A stretch of 61,722 nucleotides of DNA, counting the filler. It is 4 parts of 4 records of this genome, joined end to end, with 100 filler letters (N's around TTAATTAATTAA, not from the genome) between each part and the next. Parts side by side here need not be neighbours in the genome. Positions count along the whole stretch, not along the records: positions 32,057 to 55,233 come from SRR20825006_912; 3 more parts are not named here. One strand, 5' to 3'. The notes below the pieces were generated by a model. That model was not told the DNA's origin. It ran no database searches and saw only the letters and a program-made list of their open reading frames with translations. This document shows positions 39,747-51,513 of the stretch, in pieces (positions within the stretch are counted from its first letter, which is position 1; each line of letters starts with the position of its first letter). The position numbers and the translations under genes are program-made.

Positions 39747-40492
39747 GTCTGAATGACTTGGCAAACATGACACATTCATTTCAGGAACATGTCATCAAAA
39801 TGACGGCTTTTTTTCCTTAAAATCAAACCTTTACAAGAGAAGGACAAAGCCTCGCCCGATTCTGCGCTCAATCTTCAAGTCAATTTCATGTCAAGCCAAA
39901 TTATTTTTTCGAGGGCAGAATCCCACATAAGATTTCAGTGAAAAACGAATCTCGTTGATTCAAAAGCGATTCTTCGTTTCACCCGTTTTACGAGTCAAAA
40001 ACGGCCCTCAGAGTCAATGCGACTACGGACACCAAGCCAAAAAATCCCTGTTGAAATCGGCGTCCGTTCTTGCCTAAATGCTTTTCAGAACAGCGGACGG
40101 ATCGAGCTTCCATTGCCATGGAAGGGGCGTGCATTTTCCTATGCACGCTGTCATCTGAAAGCTGGAAGCGGAACTTTCTGGTTTCGTTTTCCCAACATCT
40201 TTTGATTGGTAGTCGGCTTTTCGCATCGAAATGTCGGCGGGGACTTTTGTGCCTTTTTTCGAGGCAACAGCAAAGAGGGACAGACAATGCATAAAGAACG
40301 ACAGGACGTAAGATGACGATCTGACATTCAGCGTCGCGTTCGGCAACGAGGGCCGGATATATCGTTGATCGACAAGACATCCGGTCACCCGTGGCCGGCA
40401 AAGTTTAAGAACCGAAAAATCGGTAAAAATAAAGTATGGCGACAAACACACATGCTGTTTGCGCTGGGGTGATGACTTCGAAAGGCGGCAAA

Positions 40493-42052
40493 ATGAAAAT
40501 GAGTGTGGTAGCCTCCCGGCCGAGCAATGAGGCGGAGATCTCGGGAGAGCAAGGCGGTGTGCACGCGTCCATGCCTGTACAGACCGTTCCAGATGATGGG
40601 GACGACGTTTTCTTCGAGCGTTTCTGCACCGCGCTCAAGGCGCATGTCGGCGCAGATATCTATGCCAGCTGGTTCGGGCGCCTTAAGCTTCACACCGCTT
40701 CCAAGAGTGTGCTGCGTTTTTCCGTTCCTACCGCATTTCTCAAATCATGGATTAACAACCACTATATCGACCTGATGACCGAACTGGCGCAAAGCGAGCG
40801 CCCTCAGGTTCTCAAGATCGAAGTGCTTGTTCGTTCTGCAACCCGCCCACCACGTCCACAACCAGTAGCAGAAAAGCCGAAAGCCGCCGCATCGGAACGT
40901 CCAGCCAGTTCGATCCGTCCTGCAGCCCGCAGAAATCCTGCCAACCAACCGCTGATGTCCGATCCTGACAGCCTGACCGTACGTCCGGCCAGTGGTGCCG
41001 GTGCGACGGTGTTCGGCTCACCGCTTGACCCCTACTTCACCTTTGACAGCTTCGTCATGGGCGCTTCAAACCGCGTGGCCATGGCCGCTGCCCAGGCTGT
41101 CGTGGAATCCGGCGCGGCCGCAGTGCGCTTCAATCCGCTGTTCATTCACTCGTCTGTAGGTCTTGGCAAAACGCACCTCCTTCAAGCCATTGCCAATGCC
41201 GCAATCAATGCACCGGAAAAGCCGCGGGTGGTTTATCTGACAGCAGAATATTTCATGTGGAAATTCGCCTCCGCGATCCGTGACAATGATGCTCTGACGC
41301 TGAAAGATTCTCTTCGCAACATCGATCTCCTGGTCATTGACGACATGCAGTTCCTGCAGGGTAAAATGATCCAGCATGAGTTCTGCCATCTTTTGAATAC
41401 GCTGCTGGATAGCGCTAAACAGGTCGTTGTTGCCGCTGACCGCGCGCCCTGGGAACTGGAATCGCTCGACCCGCGCGTCCGCTCGCGCCTGACCGGTGGC
41501 GTTTCACTGGAGATGGAAGCTCCCGATTATCAGATGCGCCTTGAAATGTTGAAGCGTCGCCTTTCGCAGGCGCAGCTTGACGATCCGAGCATCGACATTC
41601 CGACCGAAGTTCTGGAACATGTTGCGTCCAAGGTCACGGCAAGTGGCCGGGAACTGGAAGGTGCATTCAACCAGCTGCTTTTCCGCCGCTCCTTTGAACC
41701 GGATCTGTCGATTGAGCGCGTAGATGAACTGCTGGTGCATCTGGTTGGCACCGGTGAGCCGAAGCGTGTCCGCATCGAGGATATTCAGCGCGTCGTCGCC
41801 CGGCACTACTGCGTCACCCGGCAGGAGCTCGTATCCAACCGGCGCACCCGTGTGATCGTCAAGCCACGCCAGATCGCGATGTTTCTGGCCAAGACCATGA
41901 CGCCGCGTTCCTTCCCGGAAATCGGCCGCCGCTTTGGTGGCCGCGATCACACAACAGTGCTCCACGCTGTTCGCAAAATCGAGGATCTTCTGGATCAGGA
42001 TTCCAAGCTTTCCCAGGAAGTCGAACTTCTGAAACGACTGATCAACGAATAG
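40493..42052 (+). CDS. dnaA: Chromosomal replication initiator DnaA
   Basis: [29 protein letters not shown] and [12 protein letters not shown]. Likely ATG at 40493 after AAAGGCGG (the ORF opens at 40436). Confidence 0.97.
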   Translation: MKMSVVASRPSNEAEISGEQGGVHASMPVQTVPDDGDDVFFERFCTALKAHVGADIYASWFGRLKLHTASKSVLRFSVPTAFLKSWINNHYIDLMTELAQSERPQVLKIEVLVRSATRPPRPQPVAEKPKAAASERPASSIRPAARRNPANQPLMSDPDSLTVRPASGAGATVFGSPLDPYFTFDSFVMGASNRVAMAAAQAVVESGAAAVRFNPLFIHSSVGLGKTHLLQAIANAAINAPEKPRVVYLTAEYFMWKFASAIRDNDALTLKDSLRNIDLLVIDDMQFLQGKMIQHEFCHLLNTLLDSAKQVVVAADRAPWELESLDPRVRSRLTGGVSLEMEAPDYQMRLEMLKRRLSQAQLDDPSIDIPTEVLEHVASKVTASGRELEGAFNQLLFRRSFEPDLSIERVDELLVHLVGTGEPKRVRIEDIQRVVARHYCVTRQELVSNRRTRVIVKPRQIAMFLAKTMTPRSFPEIGRRFGGRDHTTVLHAVRKIEDLLDQDSKLSQEVELLKRLINE

Positions 42053-42082
42053 CAAGACAACCCTCACATCGAGTGATTTGAG

Positions 42083-42108
42083 AGCCCGGTACCGCACCGG
42101 GCTTTTTT
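42083..42108 (+). terminator. Intrinsic terminator after dnaA
   Basis: AGCCCGGT-ACCGC-ACCGGGCT followed by TTTTT. Confidence 0.85.
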
Positions 42109-42163
42109 CGTTGGCCGCTGCTTGCTATACCCTATGGAAAATATGACATTTCAGGGAAAAACC

Positions 42164-42517
42164 ATGCCTGTCACGCTTTACGGCATCAAAAACTGCAACA
42201 CCATGAAAAAGGCCTGGACCTGGCTGGATGAAAACGGGATCGACTACACTTTTCACGACTACAAGAAGACAGGTATCGACCGCGGTCGCCTGAACGTATG
42301 GAGTGACAAGGCCGGATGGGAAAAGGTGATCAACAGGGCCGGCATGACCTTCCGTAAACTGCCGGATGAAAGGAAGCAGGGACTGACACGCGAAAGCGCA
42401 ATTGCGCTGATGCTTGAACAGCCTTCAATGATCAAGCGCCCTGTTCTCGACAAGGATGGCGAAATCCTTATTGGCTTCGCGCCAGCAGATTATACCGCTT
42501 TTTTCAACGCGGATTGA
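42164..42517 (+). CDS. ArsC/Spx family (YffB-like) protein
   Basis: LYGIKNCNTMKKA, FHDYKK and PSMIKRPVL. Confidence 0.9.
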   Translation: MPVTLYGIKNCNTMKKAWTWLDENGIDYTFHDYKKTGIDRGRLNVWSDKAGWEKVINRAGMTFRKLPDERKQGLTRESAIALMLEQPSMIKRPVLDKDGEILIGFAPADYTAFFNAD

Positions 42518-42521
42518 TCCC

Positions 42522-42995
42522 ATGGCGAAAACCACACGTGCCACACAGTTTCTGCAAAAGGCAGGCGTCGGGTTTGCCATACAGCAGTATGACTATGACC
42601 CGAATGCCTTCAGAGCCGGGCTTCAGGCAGCCGAAGCCATCGGTGAACCGGCCAGCCGTGTTCTCAAAACCTTGATGGCAGAAATCGATGGCAAGCCGGT
42701 CTGTGCCGTTTTGCCATCCAATACCGAAGCATCAATGAAAAAACTTGCCGCCAGCTTTAAAGGCAAGCACGCTCATATGCTGGACGTACCAGCCGCAGAA
42801 CGGCTTTCGGGTTATCATGTTGGCGGCATTTCACCATTCGGCCAGCGCAAACGTGTCCCTGTCGTCTTTGAGGCAACGGCCCTTGGCGAGCCTTATGTAA
42901 TCATGAATGGCGGCCAGCGCGGGTTACAGGTCAAGCTTGCGCCGGAAGATGCAGTCAGGGCGCTCGGTGCTATCGCCGCCGACCTTATCGCCTGA
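42522..42995 (+). CDS. ybaK: Cys-tRNA(Pro) deacylase
   Basis: VLKTL, SGYHVGGISPFGQ and NGGQRG. Confidence 0.92.
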   Translation: MAKTTRATQFLQKAGVGFAIQQYDYDPNAFRAGLQAAEAIGEPASRVLKTLMAEIDGKPVCAVLPSNTEASMKKLAASFKGKHAHMLDVPAAERLSGYHVGGISPFGQRKRVPVVFEATALGEPYVIMNGGQRGLQVKLAPEDAVRALGAIAADLIA

Positions 42996-43102
42996 CCTGA
43001 GACACGTGTTCTATTTAGACCAGGCCGAGCCGGAGACGCTTCAATTCCGCCTCAAAAGACACTAGATAGATGGAAAGACCAAACCATCAGATTGAGGCAA
43101 TC

Positions 43103-44359
43103 ATGACCGGCGAGACTAAACTCCCCCACCCCATTGATATGAAAAAGCTCGAAAAACTGGCGGAGGTAGCCGTTAAAGTTGGCCTTAATCTGGGCGACGG
43201 CCAAGACCTGATCATAACAGCGCCGATTGAAGCGCAACCACTCGCCCGCCTGATCACCCGCCACGCCTACAAGGCTGGCGCCGGCGTCGTTACCACGATT
43301 TATTCAGACCCGGAATCGACACTGGAGCGCTTTGAAAACGCCAATGATGCCAGCTTCGACAAGGCCGCCGGCTGGCTTTACGAAGGCATGGGCAAGGCCT
43401 ATGCGAACGGTGCAGCACGGCTGGCAATTGCCGGAGACGACCCGATGCTTCTGTCAGCACAGGATCCAGACAAGGTTTCCCGCGCAAACCGTGCCAATTC
43501 CACCGCCTATAAGCCTGCCCTGGAAAAGATCGCCAATTTCGACATCAACTGGAACATCGTTTCCTATCCGTCGCTTGCATGGGCTAAGGCAGTATTCCCG
43601 GAAGACCCGGACGGTATGGCCGTTGCCAAGCTGGCAAAGGCAATCTTTGCGGCCTCGCGCGTTGACCAGACGGATCCGGTTTCAGCGTGGAATGCACATA
43701 ATGAAGCGCTGCACGCACGCTCGTCCTGGCTCAATGGCAAGCGATTTTCAGCGCTGCGCTATACCGGTCCCGGCACTGATCTGACGATCGGTCTGGCTGA
43801 TGATCATGAATGGCAGGGCGGTGCATCGCCGGCGAAAAATGGCATTATCTGTAATCCCAACATCCCGACAGAGGAGGTTTTCACGACGCCGCACCGGCTG
43901 CGCGTTGAAGGCCATGTCTCGTCAACCAAGCCGCTGTCACATCAGGGAACACTGATCGACGATATTCGCGTACAATTCGAAAAAGGCAAGATTGTTCACG
44001 CCGCCGCAGCCAAGGGTGGCGATGTGCTGAACAAGGTGCTTGATACCGATGAAGGCGCACGGCATCTGGGCGAAGTGGCGCTGGTGCCGCACTCCTCACC
44101 GATTTCTCAAAGCGGTATTCTGTTCTACAACACACTTTTTGATGAAAACGCGTCATGTCACATCGCGCTTGGCCAATGCTACTCGAAATGTTTTCTGGAT
44201 GGCGCTTCACTTTCGGCAGATGAAATTGCCGCAAAAGGCGGTAACTCTTCCCTGATCCATATTGACTGGATGATCGGCTCCGACAAGATCGATATTGACG
44301 GTATCGACGCCAATGGCAATGCAACTCCGGTCATGCGCGGCGGCGAGTGGTCCGCCTGA
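43103..44359 (+). CDS. M29 family aminopeptidase (AmpS/AmpT-like)
   Basis: NIPTEEVFTTP, LGEVALVP, LFDENASCHIALG and SLIHIDWMIG. ATG at 43103 after GAGG (alternative 43070). Confidence 0.92.
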   Translation: MTGETKLPHPIDMKKLEKLAEVAVKVGLNLGDGQDLIITAPIEAQPLARLITRHAYKAGAGVVTTIYSDPESTLERFENANDASFDKAAGWLYEGMGKAYANGAARLAIAGDDPMLLSAQDPDKVSRANRANSTAYKPALEKIANFDINWNIVSYPSLAWAKAVFPEDPDGMAVAKLAKAIFAASRVDQTDPVSAWNAHNEALHARSSWLNGKRFSALRYTGPGTDLTIGLADDHEWQGGASPAKNGIICNPNIPTEEVFTTPHRLRVEGHVSSTKPLSHQGTLIDDIRVQFEKGKIVHAAAAKGGDVLNKVLDTDEGARHLGEVALVPHSSPISQSGILFYNTLFDENASCHIALGQCYSKCFLDGASLSADEIAAKGGNSSLIHIDWMIGSDKIDIDGIDANGNATPVMRGGEWSA

Positions 44360-44495
44360 GGAGGCGAACGCGAAACGTCCCCTCAAGAGTGCCTCGGCTC
44401 CAAGCCGGGGCCAGGCGGACATGGCTCACCTGCGGAGTTCTGCGCGGCACTATAAAGGCCGCCCCACCTCTTGCCTGCCTTGTTCCTGAACCAAC

Positions 44496-44539
44496 CCGCA
44501 ATGCAAAACCGGTGCGCACTTTTTCCGGAAATGTTTTAG
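44496..44539 (-). repeat. Half copy of a Rhizobiales interspersed palindromic element (RIME/Bru-RS-like) overlapping the xseA stop
   Basis: The minus strand reads CTAAAACATTTCCGGAAAAAGTGCGCACCGGTTTTGCATTGCGG. It resembles from memory the CTAGAGCATTTCC...AAAAGTG...CCGGTTTT arm of these elements. Confidence 0.5.
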
Positions 44540-46008
44540 AAAAGACTACCCTGATCGGGTGCTTTTTTTGGCTTCTTGGATGTCGTTTTCTTGCGAGCGG
44601 GCTTTTGTCGCTGCCCGGCATCCGGCACAAGCGCTGGCGAGGTACCCGTAACCGCATTCACCCGGCCATCGGCAAACTCGATCTCAAGGGCAGAGCCAAG
44701 ACTGATATCAGAAGCCCGAGGCAACGGCTGATTGTTTGCATCACGCACCACCGCGAAACCGCGCGCCAGAACATTCTTGTAGGACAGTGAATTCAGCACC
44801 CGCTCCTGCCCGGCAATCGCTGCCCGGCGCGCTCTGAATTCAGCATAGACAGCGGTATCGGCCCTGCGGATAAGAACGCCCACCCGCTCCCGATCACGGT
44901 CCACCATCATTGAAAGCCTGTGCGGCATCGCGGAAAGTCCCGTAGCCCGGTTTTCAAACGCACGACGCTTGTTGATCGTATTGAGTTCCAAAGCCCGCGT
45001 CAGCCTGAGTGCCGCCTCATCAAACCGGCGCCGCGGCAGTGCAAGAATCTGGTCAATGGAAGGCAGTCCGCGTGCCAGCCCTGTCAGCCTTTGCCGCCTG
45101 AAATCGGCAAGTCGCGTCATTGCCGAGGCGAACCGGGCAACAGTACGTGCGTGATTGGCGAGAAGCTCGGCCTTAACCGGAACCGCACGCTCAGCTGCGC
45201 CTGTCGGCGTCGGTGCGCGATAGTCGCTCGCATGGTCGATCAGCGTCCAGTCGGTTTCATGACCGACAGCGGAAATCAGCGGAATATCACTTTCAAAAGC
45301 CGCGCGCACAACCGCTTCATCATTGAACCCCCAGAGATCCTCCAGCGAGCCGCCGCCACGTGCGACGATCAGCACATCTGGCCGCGCAACAGCACCGCCC
45401 GGCTTCATGGCATTGAAGCCGCGAATGGCGGCAGCCACCGCATCTCCGGACCCTTCGCCCTGCACCTTGACTGGCCAGACGACAACATGAACCGGAAAAC
45501 GATCCGTAATCCGGTGAAGGATATCACGGATGACGGCCCCGGTTGGCGATGTAATGACACCGACAACACGCGGCATGAATGGCAGCGGCTTCTTGTGTCC
45601 TTCGTCAAACAGCCCTTCGGCTACAAGTTTCTTGCGGCGTTCTTCCAGAAGCGCCATCAATGCGCCGGCACCAGCAGGCTCCAGCGTCTCGATCATGATC
45701 TGGTATTTGGAGGCGCCGGGAAAGGTCGTCACCTTGCCGGTGGCAATGACTTCCATCCCCTCTTCCGGCTTGACCTTCAGCTTCGAAAACACGCCGCGCC
45801 AGATCACGGCATCGATGCGCGCACCTTCATCCTTCAGCGAAAAATAGGCGTGACCTGAAGAATGCGGTCCGCGATAGCCCGATATTTCGCCGCGCAGTCG
45901 AATCCTGTCAAAGCGATCCTCAACGGTCCGTTTGATCGAACCGGAAAGCTCGGAAACGGTAAATTCCGTCAGATTGGTGGCCGAATCGGCTGAAAACAAA
46001 TCATTCAT
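44536..46008 (-). CDS. xseA: Exodeoxyribonuclease VII large subunit
   Basis: [41 protein letters not shown] and VLARGF. Confidence 0.96.
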   Translation of the reverse strand: MNDLFSADSATNLTEFTVSELSGSIKRTVEDRFDRIRLRGEISGYRGPHSSGHAYFSLKDEGARIDAVIWRGVFSKLKVKPEEGMEVIATGKVTTFPGASKYQIMIETLEPAGAGALMALLEERRKKLVAEGLFDEGHKKPLPFMPRVVGVITSPTGAVIRDILHRITDRFPVHVVVWPVKVQGEGSGDAVAAAIRGFNAMKPGGAVARPDVLIVARGGGSLEDLWGFNDEAVVRAAFESDIPLISAVGHETDWTLIDHASDYRAPTPTGAAERAVPVKAELLANHARTVARFASAMTRLADFRRQRLTGLARGLPSIDQILALPRRRFDEAALRLTRALELNTINKRRAFENRATGLSAMPHRLSMMVDRDRERVGVLIRRADTAVYAEFRARRAAIAGQERVLNSLSYKNVLARGFAVVRDANNQPLPRASDISLGSALEIEFADGRVNAVTGTSPALVPDAGQRQKPARKKTTSKKPKKAPDQGSLF

Positions 46009-46147
46009 GACCTTATTCTAGCGAATGAATTTGTCAGCTTCATCCCCAACTCCAGCGATCCACCGAAAACGCCCCTGGAAACAGGAAGGGCCGCTGACAG
46101 ATTGCCAGCGGCCACAGACATCCCGATAAAGACGCACCGGCGTTTGA

Positions 46148-47134
46148 TCAAACGGTTTCCCAACCATCCGTTTCGCCAGCACGATAAACGGCATCGATCA
46201 ACTTCTGATTCTTAACCGAGTCTTCCAGCGTGAAGACTTCAGCCTTTTCTCCGGCAACAGCGCGGGCAAAGGTTTCGACCTGAAGCATATACTGGCGGCT
46301 GTCCTGAAAGCGGAAGACCTGTGTTTCCGTATGCGACTGGTTAGACAACAACACGCTTTCCTCACCCCAGCGGTTAGCGTTGAAAGGCGCCGTCACCTCG
46401 ATCAACCCCTTTGTGCCATGAAACGCCATGGTTTGCCGATTGGCTAGCTGGGTAGAGATATAAAAGCTCAGTTCGAACTCTTTAAAGGCTGCACGGACGG
46501 AGGCGTAGACATCCGTTCCGAATTCCTTGTCGAACCGCACAGTTGCCTGAACTTTTTCAGGTTCCTGCCCGGTCGCAAACCGTGTTGTCACAGTCGGATA
46601 GACGCCGATGTCCGGCAACCCTCCCCCGCCAAGTTCAGGCTTGTTGCGCATATTGCCTGCGTCTTTGTTGAAGTATGAAAATGCCCCCTGCACCTGCACC
46701 AGATCACCAATGGCGCCCTCGGAGATTAACGACCGGACTTTATGCCAGACCGGCGAATAGGTGACCATGAAGGCCTCACTAATGAGAACCTTGTTGCGAT
46801 CACGTGCGGCAATTACAGGCGCGATATCTTCGGCTTTCAGAGCCAGCGGTTTTTCCACCAGAACGTGCTTGCCTGCATCGGCGGCCTTGATGGCCCACTC
46901 CACGTGCTGAGATGTCGGCAGTGGAATATAAACCGCGTCAACCACATCGCTAGCCAGCATGTCCTCGTAAGAGTCGAAGGCATGCGGTGCGCCAAAGCGC
47001 TCCGCCATTGCCTTCGCACGATCGCCAGCGCGACTGGCAACTGCCGTAATGACAGCATTTCCGGCTTCTGCAATTGCAGGCCCGACCAGTTCACGACCAA
47101 TCTTGGCCGTCGATAAAATTCCAAAACGCAGCAT
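46148..47134 (-). CDS. Gfo/Idh/MocA family oxidoreductase
   Basis: [23 protein letters not shown] and [14 protein letters not shown] at 47134 after GAGG. Confidence 0.92.
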   Translation of the reverse strand: MLRFGILSTAKIGRELVGPAIAEAGNAVITAVASRAGDRAKAMAERFGAPHAFDSYEDMLASDVVDAVYIPLPTSQHVEWAIKAADAGKHVLVEKPLALKAEDIAPVIAARDRNKVLISEAFMVTYSPVWHKVRSLISEGAIGDLVQVQGAFSYFNKDAGNMRNKPELGGGGLPDIGVYPTVTTRFATGQEPEKVQATVRFDKEFGTDVYASVRAAFKEFELSFYISTQLANRQTMAFHGTKGLIEVTAPFNANRWGEESVLLSNQSHTETQVFRFQDSRQYMLQVETFARAVAGEKAEVFTLEDSVKNQKLIDAVYRAGETDGWETV

Positions 47135-47307
47135 GATAGTAATTTCCTCGCCATTATTCGCTGTCAGCATAGAAACGGTGCAGGTGTCGCGCAAGGCCTG
47201 CCAACCGTGTTCGGCCGACGCTTTCCATTGTCATGATCAGCCATCGGGCATAGGCTTGCCCACAATCACGGAAGGCAGCGACAACAACACACGGTAAGGA
47301 GGATGCT

Positions 47308-48258
47308 ATGCACAGACGAACCCTCGGGCGAACGGGAATCGAGATCGCTCCGGTTGTTTTCGGCGGCAACGTGTTCGGCTGGACCGCCGATGAGAAAACA
47401 TCCTTTGACCTCATGGACAGCTTTTTTGAGGCTGGTTTCAATGCCATTGACACAGCGGATGTCTACTCTGCCTGGGTACCCGGCAATCGAGGCGGAGAAT
47501 CCGAGACAATCATTGGCAACTGGCTGAAGCGCGGCAGTGTTGCCCGCGAAGATGTGGTGCTTATCACCAAGGTCGGCTCGGAAATGGCACCCGAAAAGAA
47601 AGGGCTGAGCGAGAAATGGATATTACAGGCGGTCGAGGAATCACTTGCACGGCTTCAGACCGACTATATCGATGTTTACCTCGCTCACTGGCCGGATCAG
47701 AACACGTCTTATGACGAAACCGTCGGCGCCTTCACCAAACTGCGCGAACAGGGCAAGGTTCGCGCCATTGGCGGTTCCAATCTGGATGCCGGACAGTTGC
47801 AGGAAGTGCTCAGGGTCGCAGAACATACAGGTCGGGCACGCTACGATGTTCTTCAACCGGAATATAATCTTTATACTCGTGAAAGCTTTGAAGGCGCGCT
47901 TGCCGAACTCTGCGTTGATCATGATATCGGCGTGATCCCTTATTTCAGTCTGGCCGCTGGTTTTCTCACCGGAAAATACAAGTCATCTGACGATACGAAA
48001 GGGACAGCCCGAGAAAGCGCCGTGGGCCAGTATTTCGATGAGCGCGGCCTGCGTATCCTCAAAGCACTGGAGGCAGTTTCGAATGAAACCGGGGAGCATC
48101 CGGCAACCATTGCACTCGCATGGCTGATGACCCGGCGCGGCGTAACCGCGCCGATTGCCAGTGCTTCAAGACCTGAACAGCTGAAAAGTCTGCTACGGGC
48201 TCCGGATCTGCAACTTGACGCTGACGCATTGCAGCTTTTGCAGACGGCCGGAGAATAA
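47308..48258 (+). CDS. Aldo/keto reductase
   Basis: IDTADVY, SLARLQTDYIDVYLAHWPD and QPEYNL; AGGAGG RBS. Confidence 0.93.
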   Translation: MHRRTLGRTGIEIAPVVFGGNVFGWTADEKTSFDLMDSFFEAGFNAIDTADVYSAWVPGNRGGESETIIGNWLKRGSVAREDVVLITKVGSEMAPEKKGLSEKWILQAVEESLARLQTDYIDVYLAHWPDQNTSYDETVGAFTKLREQGKVRAIGGSNLDAGQLQEVLRVAEHTGRARYDVLQPEYNLYTRESFEGALAELCVDHDIGVIPYFSLAAGFLTGKYKSSDDTKGTARESAVGQYFDERGLRILKALEAVSNETGEHPATIALAWLMTRRGVTAPIASASRPEQLKSLLRAPDLQLDADALQLLQTAGE

Positions 48259-48264
48259 CCGGAT

Positions 48265-48894
48265 TTATTTCGTGCCGTACATCCGGTCACCTGCATCGCC
48301 AAGACCGGGCACAATATAGCCCTTTTCGTTCAGATGGCTGTCAATCGCAGCCGTATAAACCGGTACATCAGGGTGCGTTTCACGGAATTTTTCGATGCCC
48401 TCCGGTGCAGCCAGCAGGCAAAGGAAACGCATGTTCTTCACGCCGCGATCCTTCAGCCGGTCAATGGCAGCAATAGCCGAATTACCGGTGGCAAGCATCG
48501 GGTCAACGATGATGACCAGACGTTCGGCAATATCTTCCGGTGCCTTGAAGAAATATTCGACCGCTTCCAGCGTTTCATGATCGCGGTAAACCCCGATATG
48601 CGAAACACGCGCCGAAGGCACGAGGTCCAGCATACCTTCCAGCAAGCCATTCCCGGCTCTGAGAATCGAGGCAAACACAAGCTTCTTGCCTTCGAGGATC
48701 GGCGCTTCCATCGTCGTCATCGGCGTTTCGATGGTCTCACGGGTCATTTCGAGATCGCGCGTCACCTCATAGCAGAGCAACGTCGATATCTCGCGAAGCA
48801 GCCTGCGGAAACCTGCCGTTGAGGTGTCCTTCTTCCGCATGATCGTGAGCTTGTGTTGAACGAGAGGGTGATCGATGACAGTGACGCCGTCCAT
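48265..48894 (-). CDS. upp: Uracil phosphoribosyltransferase
   Basis: [16 protein letters not shown] and [12 protein letters not shown]. Confidence 0.97.
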   Translation of the reverse strand: MDGVTVIDHPLVQHKLTIMRKKDTSTAGFRRLLREISTLLCYEVTRDLEMTRETIETPMTTMEAPILEGKKLVFASILRAGNGLLEGMLDLVPSARVSHIGVYRDHETLEAVEYFFKAPEDIAERLVIIVDPMLATGNSAIAAIDRLKDRGVKNMRFLCLLAAPEGIEKFRETHPDVPVYTAAIDSHLNEKGYIVPGLGDAGDRMYGTK

Positions 48895-48985
48895 GGCTTG
48901 CTTCCCGCTTTTCGAGTGTCTTTGCGCTCGTTATGGCGCAAAACAATGGATCGCGGCAAGAAAACCCGGCCGCATTGCAGAGATA

Positions 48986-49969
48986 TCAACCGTTTCCGTT
49001 CTGCAAACGGTTCAGAAGTCGCATCCGCGTTGCTTCATCGACGAAAGCAGCCTCGATCGCGGTACGCGTCATCAGGTCAATCTCATCGCCTGAAAAGCCG
49101 AGCACACTTTCTGCCAGATCATATTCTCTTTGCAGCGTGGTATGGAAGAACGGTGGATCATCGGAATTCAGGGTCACCTTCACACCGGCATCATAAAGCT
49201 GGCGAAGGGGATGAGACGCAAAGTCAGGATAAACGGAAAGCGCGATATTGGAGCCGGGACAAACCTCCAGCACCGTTTCCTGATCGGCAAGTCGCCGGAC
49301 CAGATCCGCATCTTCGACAGCCCGCACACCATGGCCGATCCGGTCCGGTCGCACGATATCAAGCGCATCGCGCACCGAAAACGCACCACACACCTCTCCG
49401 GCATGGATGGTCAGCTTCAGGCCGGCATCACGGGCAATATCGAAACCGCGCGTGAAATCCGCTACGCGACCGTGCCGCTCGTCACCGGCTATATTGAATC
49501 CCGTCAACAATGGAAAATCGCAGGAAGCTGCATAGGTGGCAGCCCCTTCCACCTGTTCCGGTCCCATATGTCGCTCACCGATCATCACCATCCGGCATTC
49601 AATGCCGGTCTTTGCTTTTGCCGCCTCAATGCCAGCCGTGATGGCGCGCATATAGCCATCCCGTGACAAACCGGCGGCCAGTCCCTGCTCTGGAGAGACA
49701 AATAATTCACTGTATATTGTGCCGTAGTCTGCAAGCTCACTCAGATAGGCTTCGGCCAGATCGGCAAAATCCTCTTCTGCGCGAAACACATTTGCCACAG
49801 CGGCATAACAGGCAATGAAGCTGGAAAAATCATTCCAGACATACTGACCGTCACGCAGATAGCCGGAAAGATCGATATTGTATTTGTCCGCCAGCCTTGC
49901 AGCAAGCGCGGGCGGTGTCGCGCCTTCAATGTGACAATGCAGCTCGGCTTTCAGTCGTTTTCTGCTCAT
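48986..49969 (-). CDS. add: Adenosine/adenine deaminase
   Basis: [26 protein letters not shown] and NSDDP. Confidence 0.92.
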   Translation of the reverse strand: MSRKRLKAELHCHIEGATPPALAARLADKYNIDLSGYLRDGQYVWNDFSSFIACYAAVANVFRAEEDFADLAEAYLSELADYGTIYSELFVSPEQGLAAGLSRDGYMRAITAGIEAAKAKTGIECRMVMIGERHMGPEQVEGAATYAASCDFPLLTGFNIAGDERHGRVADFTRGFDIARDAGLKLTIHAGEVCGAFSVRDALDIVRPDRIGHGVRAVEDADLVRRLADQETVLEVCPGSNIALSVYPDFASHPLRQLYDAGVKVTLNSDDPPFFHTTLQREYDLAESVLGFSGDEIDLMTRTAIEAAFVDEATRMRLLNRLQNGNG

Positions 49970-51186
49970 AGGAATGATGTCCCATATTGACCGGGAGGAA
50001 GACCCATATGACGGGCGATGCTTTCGCCGATATCGGCATAAGTGGACCGGATACCCGCAGAACCGGACCTGATGCCTGCCCCGAACATCAAAACAGGAAC
50101 CCGTTCGCGCGTATGATCACTGCCGCGCCATGTCGGATCGCAACCATGATCGGCCGTCAGGCAAAGAAGGTCCCCCGGCTTCATCCGCTTGGTAATCTCA
50201 CCGACCCGTGCGTCAAAAGCTTCCAATGCTGCGGCATAACCCGGCACATCGCGGCGGTGGCCGTAAACCATATCGAAATCCACCAGATTGGTGAACACAA
50301 AAGCTCCGTCGTCAGCCTCTTCAATAGCACGCAGACTGGTATCCATCAGCGCTTCATTTCCGTCTGCCTTCAGGTGGCGCGTCACACCCTTGCCCGCAAA
50401 AATATCGGAAATCTTACCGACCGCGATAACATCACGTCCTGCTGCGACAAGCCGGTCAAGAAGTGTTTCTTCCGGCGGTGCAATAGAGAAATCACGACGG
50501 TTACCCGTGCGCTTGAAGGTCTCGGCGGTTTCGCCAACGAACGGGCGGGCGATAACACGGCCGATATTATGGTCATAGGTGTGCTCACGCACGACATGGC
50601 AGAGATCCATCAACCGTTCCAGCCCAAAATGGTATTCATGTGCGGCGATCTGAAAAACGGAATCGGCTGATGTATAGAAAATCGGCTTGCCGGACCAGAT
50701 ATGCATCTGGCCAAAACGCTGAATGATGTCAGTGCCGGATGCGTGGCAATTGCCCAGACTGCCTTCAATACCTGCTGCTTCATAGATGGCAGAAAGCAGG
50801 TCTTCGGGGAAACACTCCTCGGTATCGGGAAAGTACCCCCAGTCAAAACTGACCGGCGTACCCGCAATCTCCCAATGACCGGATGGCGTATCCTTGCCAC
50901 GCGAAATCTCGCTGGCGGCGGCATAACGACCATAGATTTTTTTCGGCGAGGCCATGCCTGCAGGCCAGTTTCCGGTGCTTAGCTTAGCCACTTCCAAAAG
51001 CCCGAGCGCGGCCAGATTGGGTAAATGCAGCGTGCCTTCGCGCAAGCCAGCCCTGTCGCCCAGCCCGGCGGCACAGAACTCGGCAATATGCCCAAGTGTA
51101 TCAGCGCCAAGATCGCCGTATTCTTTCGCATCCGGCGCACCGCCAATACCAAAGGAATCGAGAACATAAAGAAATGCACGGGCCAT
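49966..51186 (-). CDS. deoB: Phosphopentomutase
   Basis: [24 protein letters not shown]...[13 protein letters not shown] and DHTRE. Confidence 0.96.
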   Translation of the reverse strand: MARAFLYVLDSFGIGGAPDAKEYGDLGADTLGHIAEFCAAGLGDRAGLREGTLHLPNLAALGLLEVAKLSTGNWPAGMASPKKIYGRYAAASEISRGKDTPSGHWEIAGTPVSFDWGYFPDTEECFPEDLLSAIYEAAGIEGSLGNCHASGTDIIQRFGQMHIWSGKPIFYTSADSVFQIAAHEYHFGLERLMDLCHVVREHTYDHNIGRVIARPFVGETAETFKRTGNRRDFSIAPPEETLLDRLVAAGRDVIAVGKISDIFAGKGVTRHLKADGNEALMDTSLRAIEEADDGAFVFTNLVDFDMVYGHRRDVPGYAAALEAFDARVGEITKRMKPGDLLCLTADHGCDPTWRGSDHTRERVPVLMFGAGIRSGSAGIRSTYADIGESIARHMGLPPGQYGTSFL

Positions 51187-51331
51187 CGGGGCGTGATCCT
51201 GCCTGGGTGATCGTTTCCAGTCTTTCTAACCTGACCTGTCATCCTTGGCAAACAGGGGAACTGTTCTTTTGTTTCAGATGTTTAAAGATCAGTAACCATG
51301 ACTTTTAACAACCTGAAAAGGTGAATCCGTG

Positions 51332-51508
51332 ATGATACCGGCATTCGAAACCAGCAAACCAGCGACAATCATGCCTCAGCGTCACGAGACCAGCCACAAA
51401 TCAGTGGTCAACAACCAAACCGCAGAATTCGCCCTGATCGCGGTCGCAGTGGTCATGGCGATTGGCGTCGTGATGCTTGCAACAGCACAGTTTTATTTGT
51501 CGCTATAG
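51332..51508 (+). CDS. Small single-TM protein with a Flp/TadE-like motif (not in the ORF track, 58 aa)
   Basis: MIPAFETSKPATIMPQRHETSHKSVVNNQTAEFALIAVAVVMAIGVVMLATAQFYLSL*. AAGGTG RBS-like sequence at 51318; alternative ATG at 51371. Confidence 0.5.
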   Translation: MIPAFETSKPATIMPQRHETSHKSVVNNQTAEFALIAVAVVMAIGVVMLATAQFYLSL

Positions 51509-51513
51509 GCCTT

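Noticed and set aside
39750..40492. oriC upstream of dnaA
   Set aside because: No TTATCCACA-type box cluster was seen, and in these Alphaproteobacteria oriC normally lies near hemE rather than dnaA.
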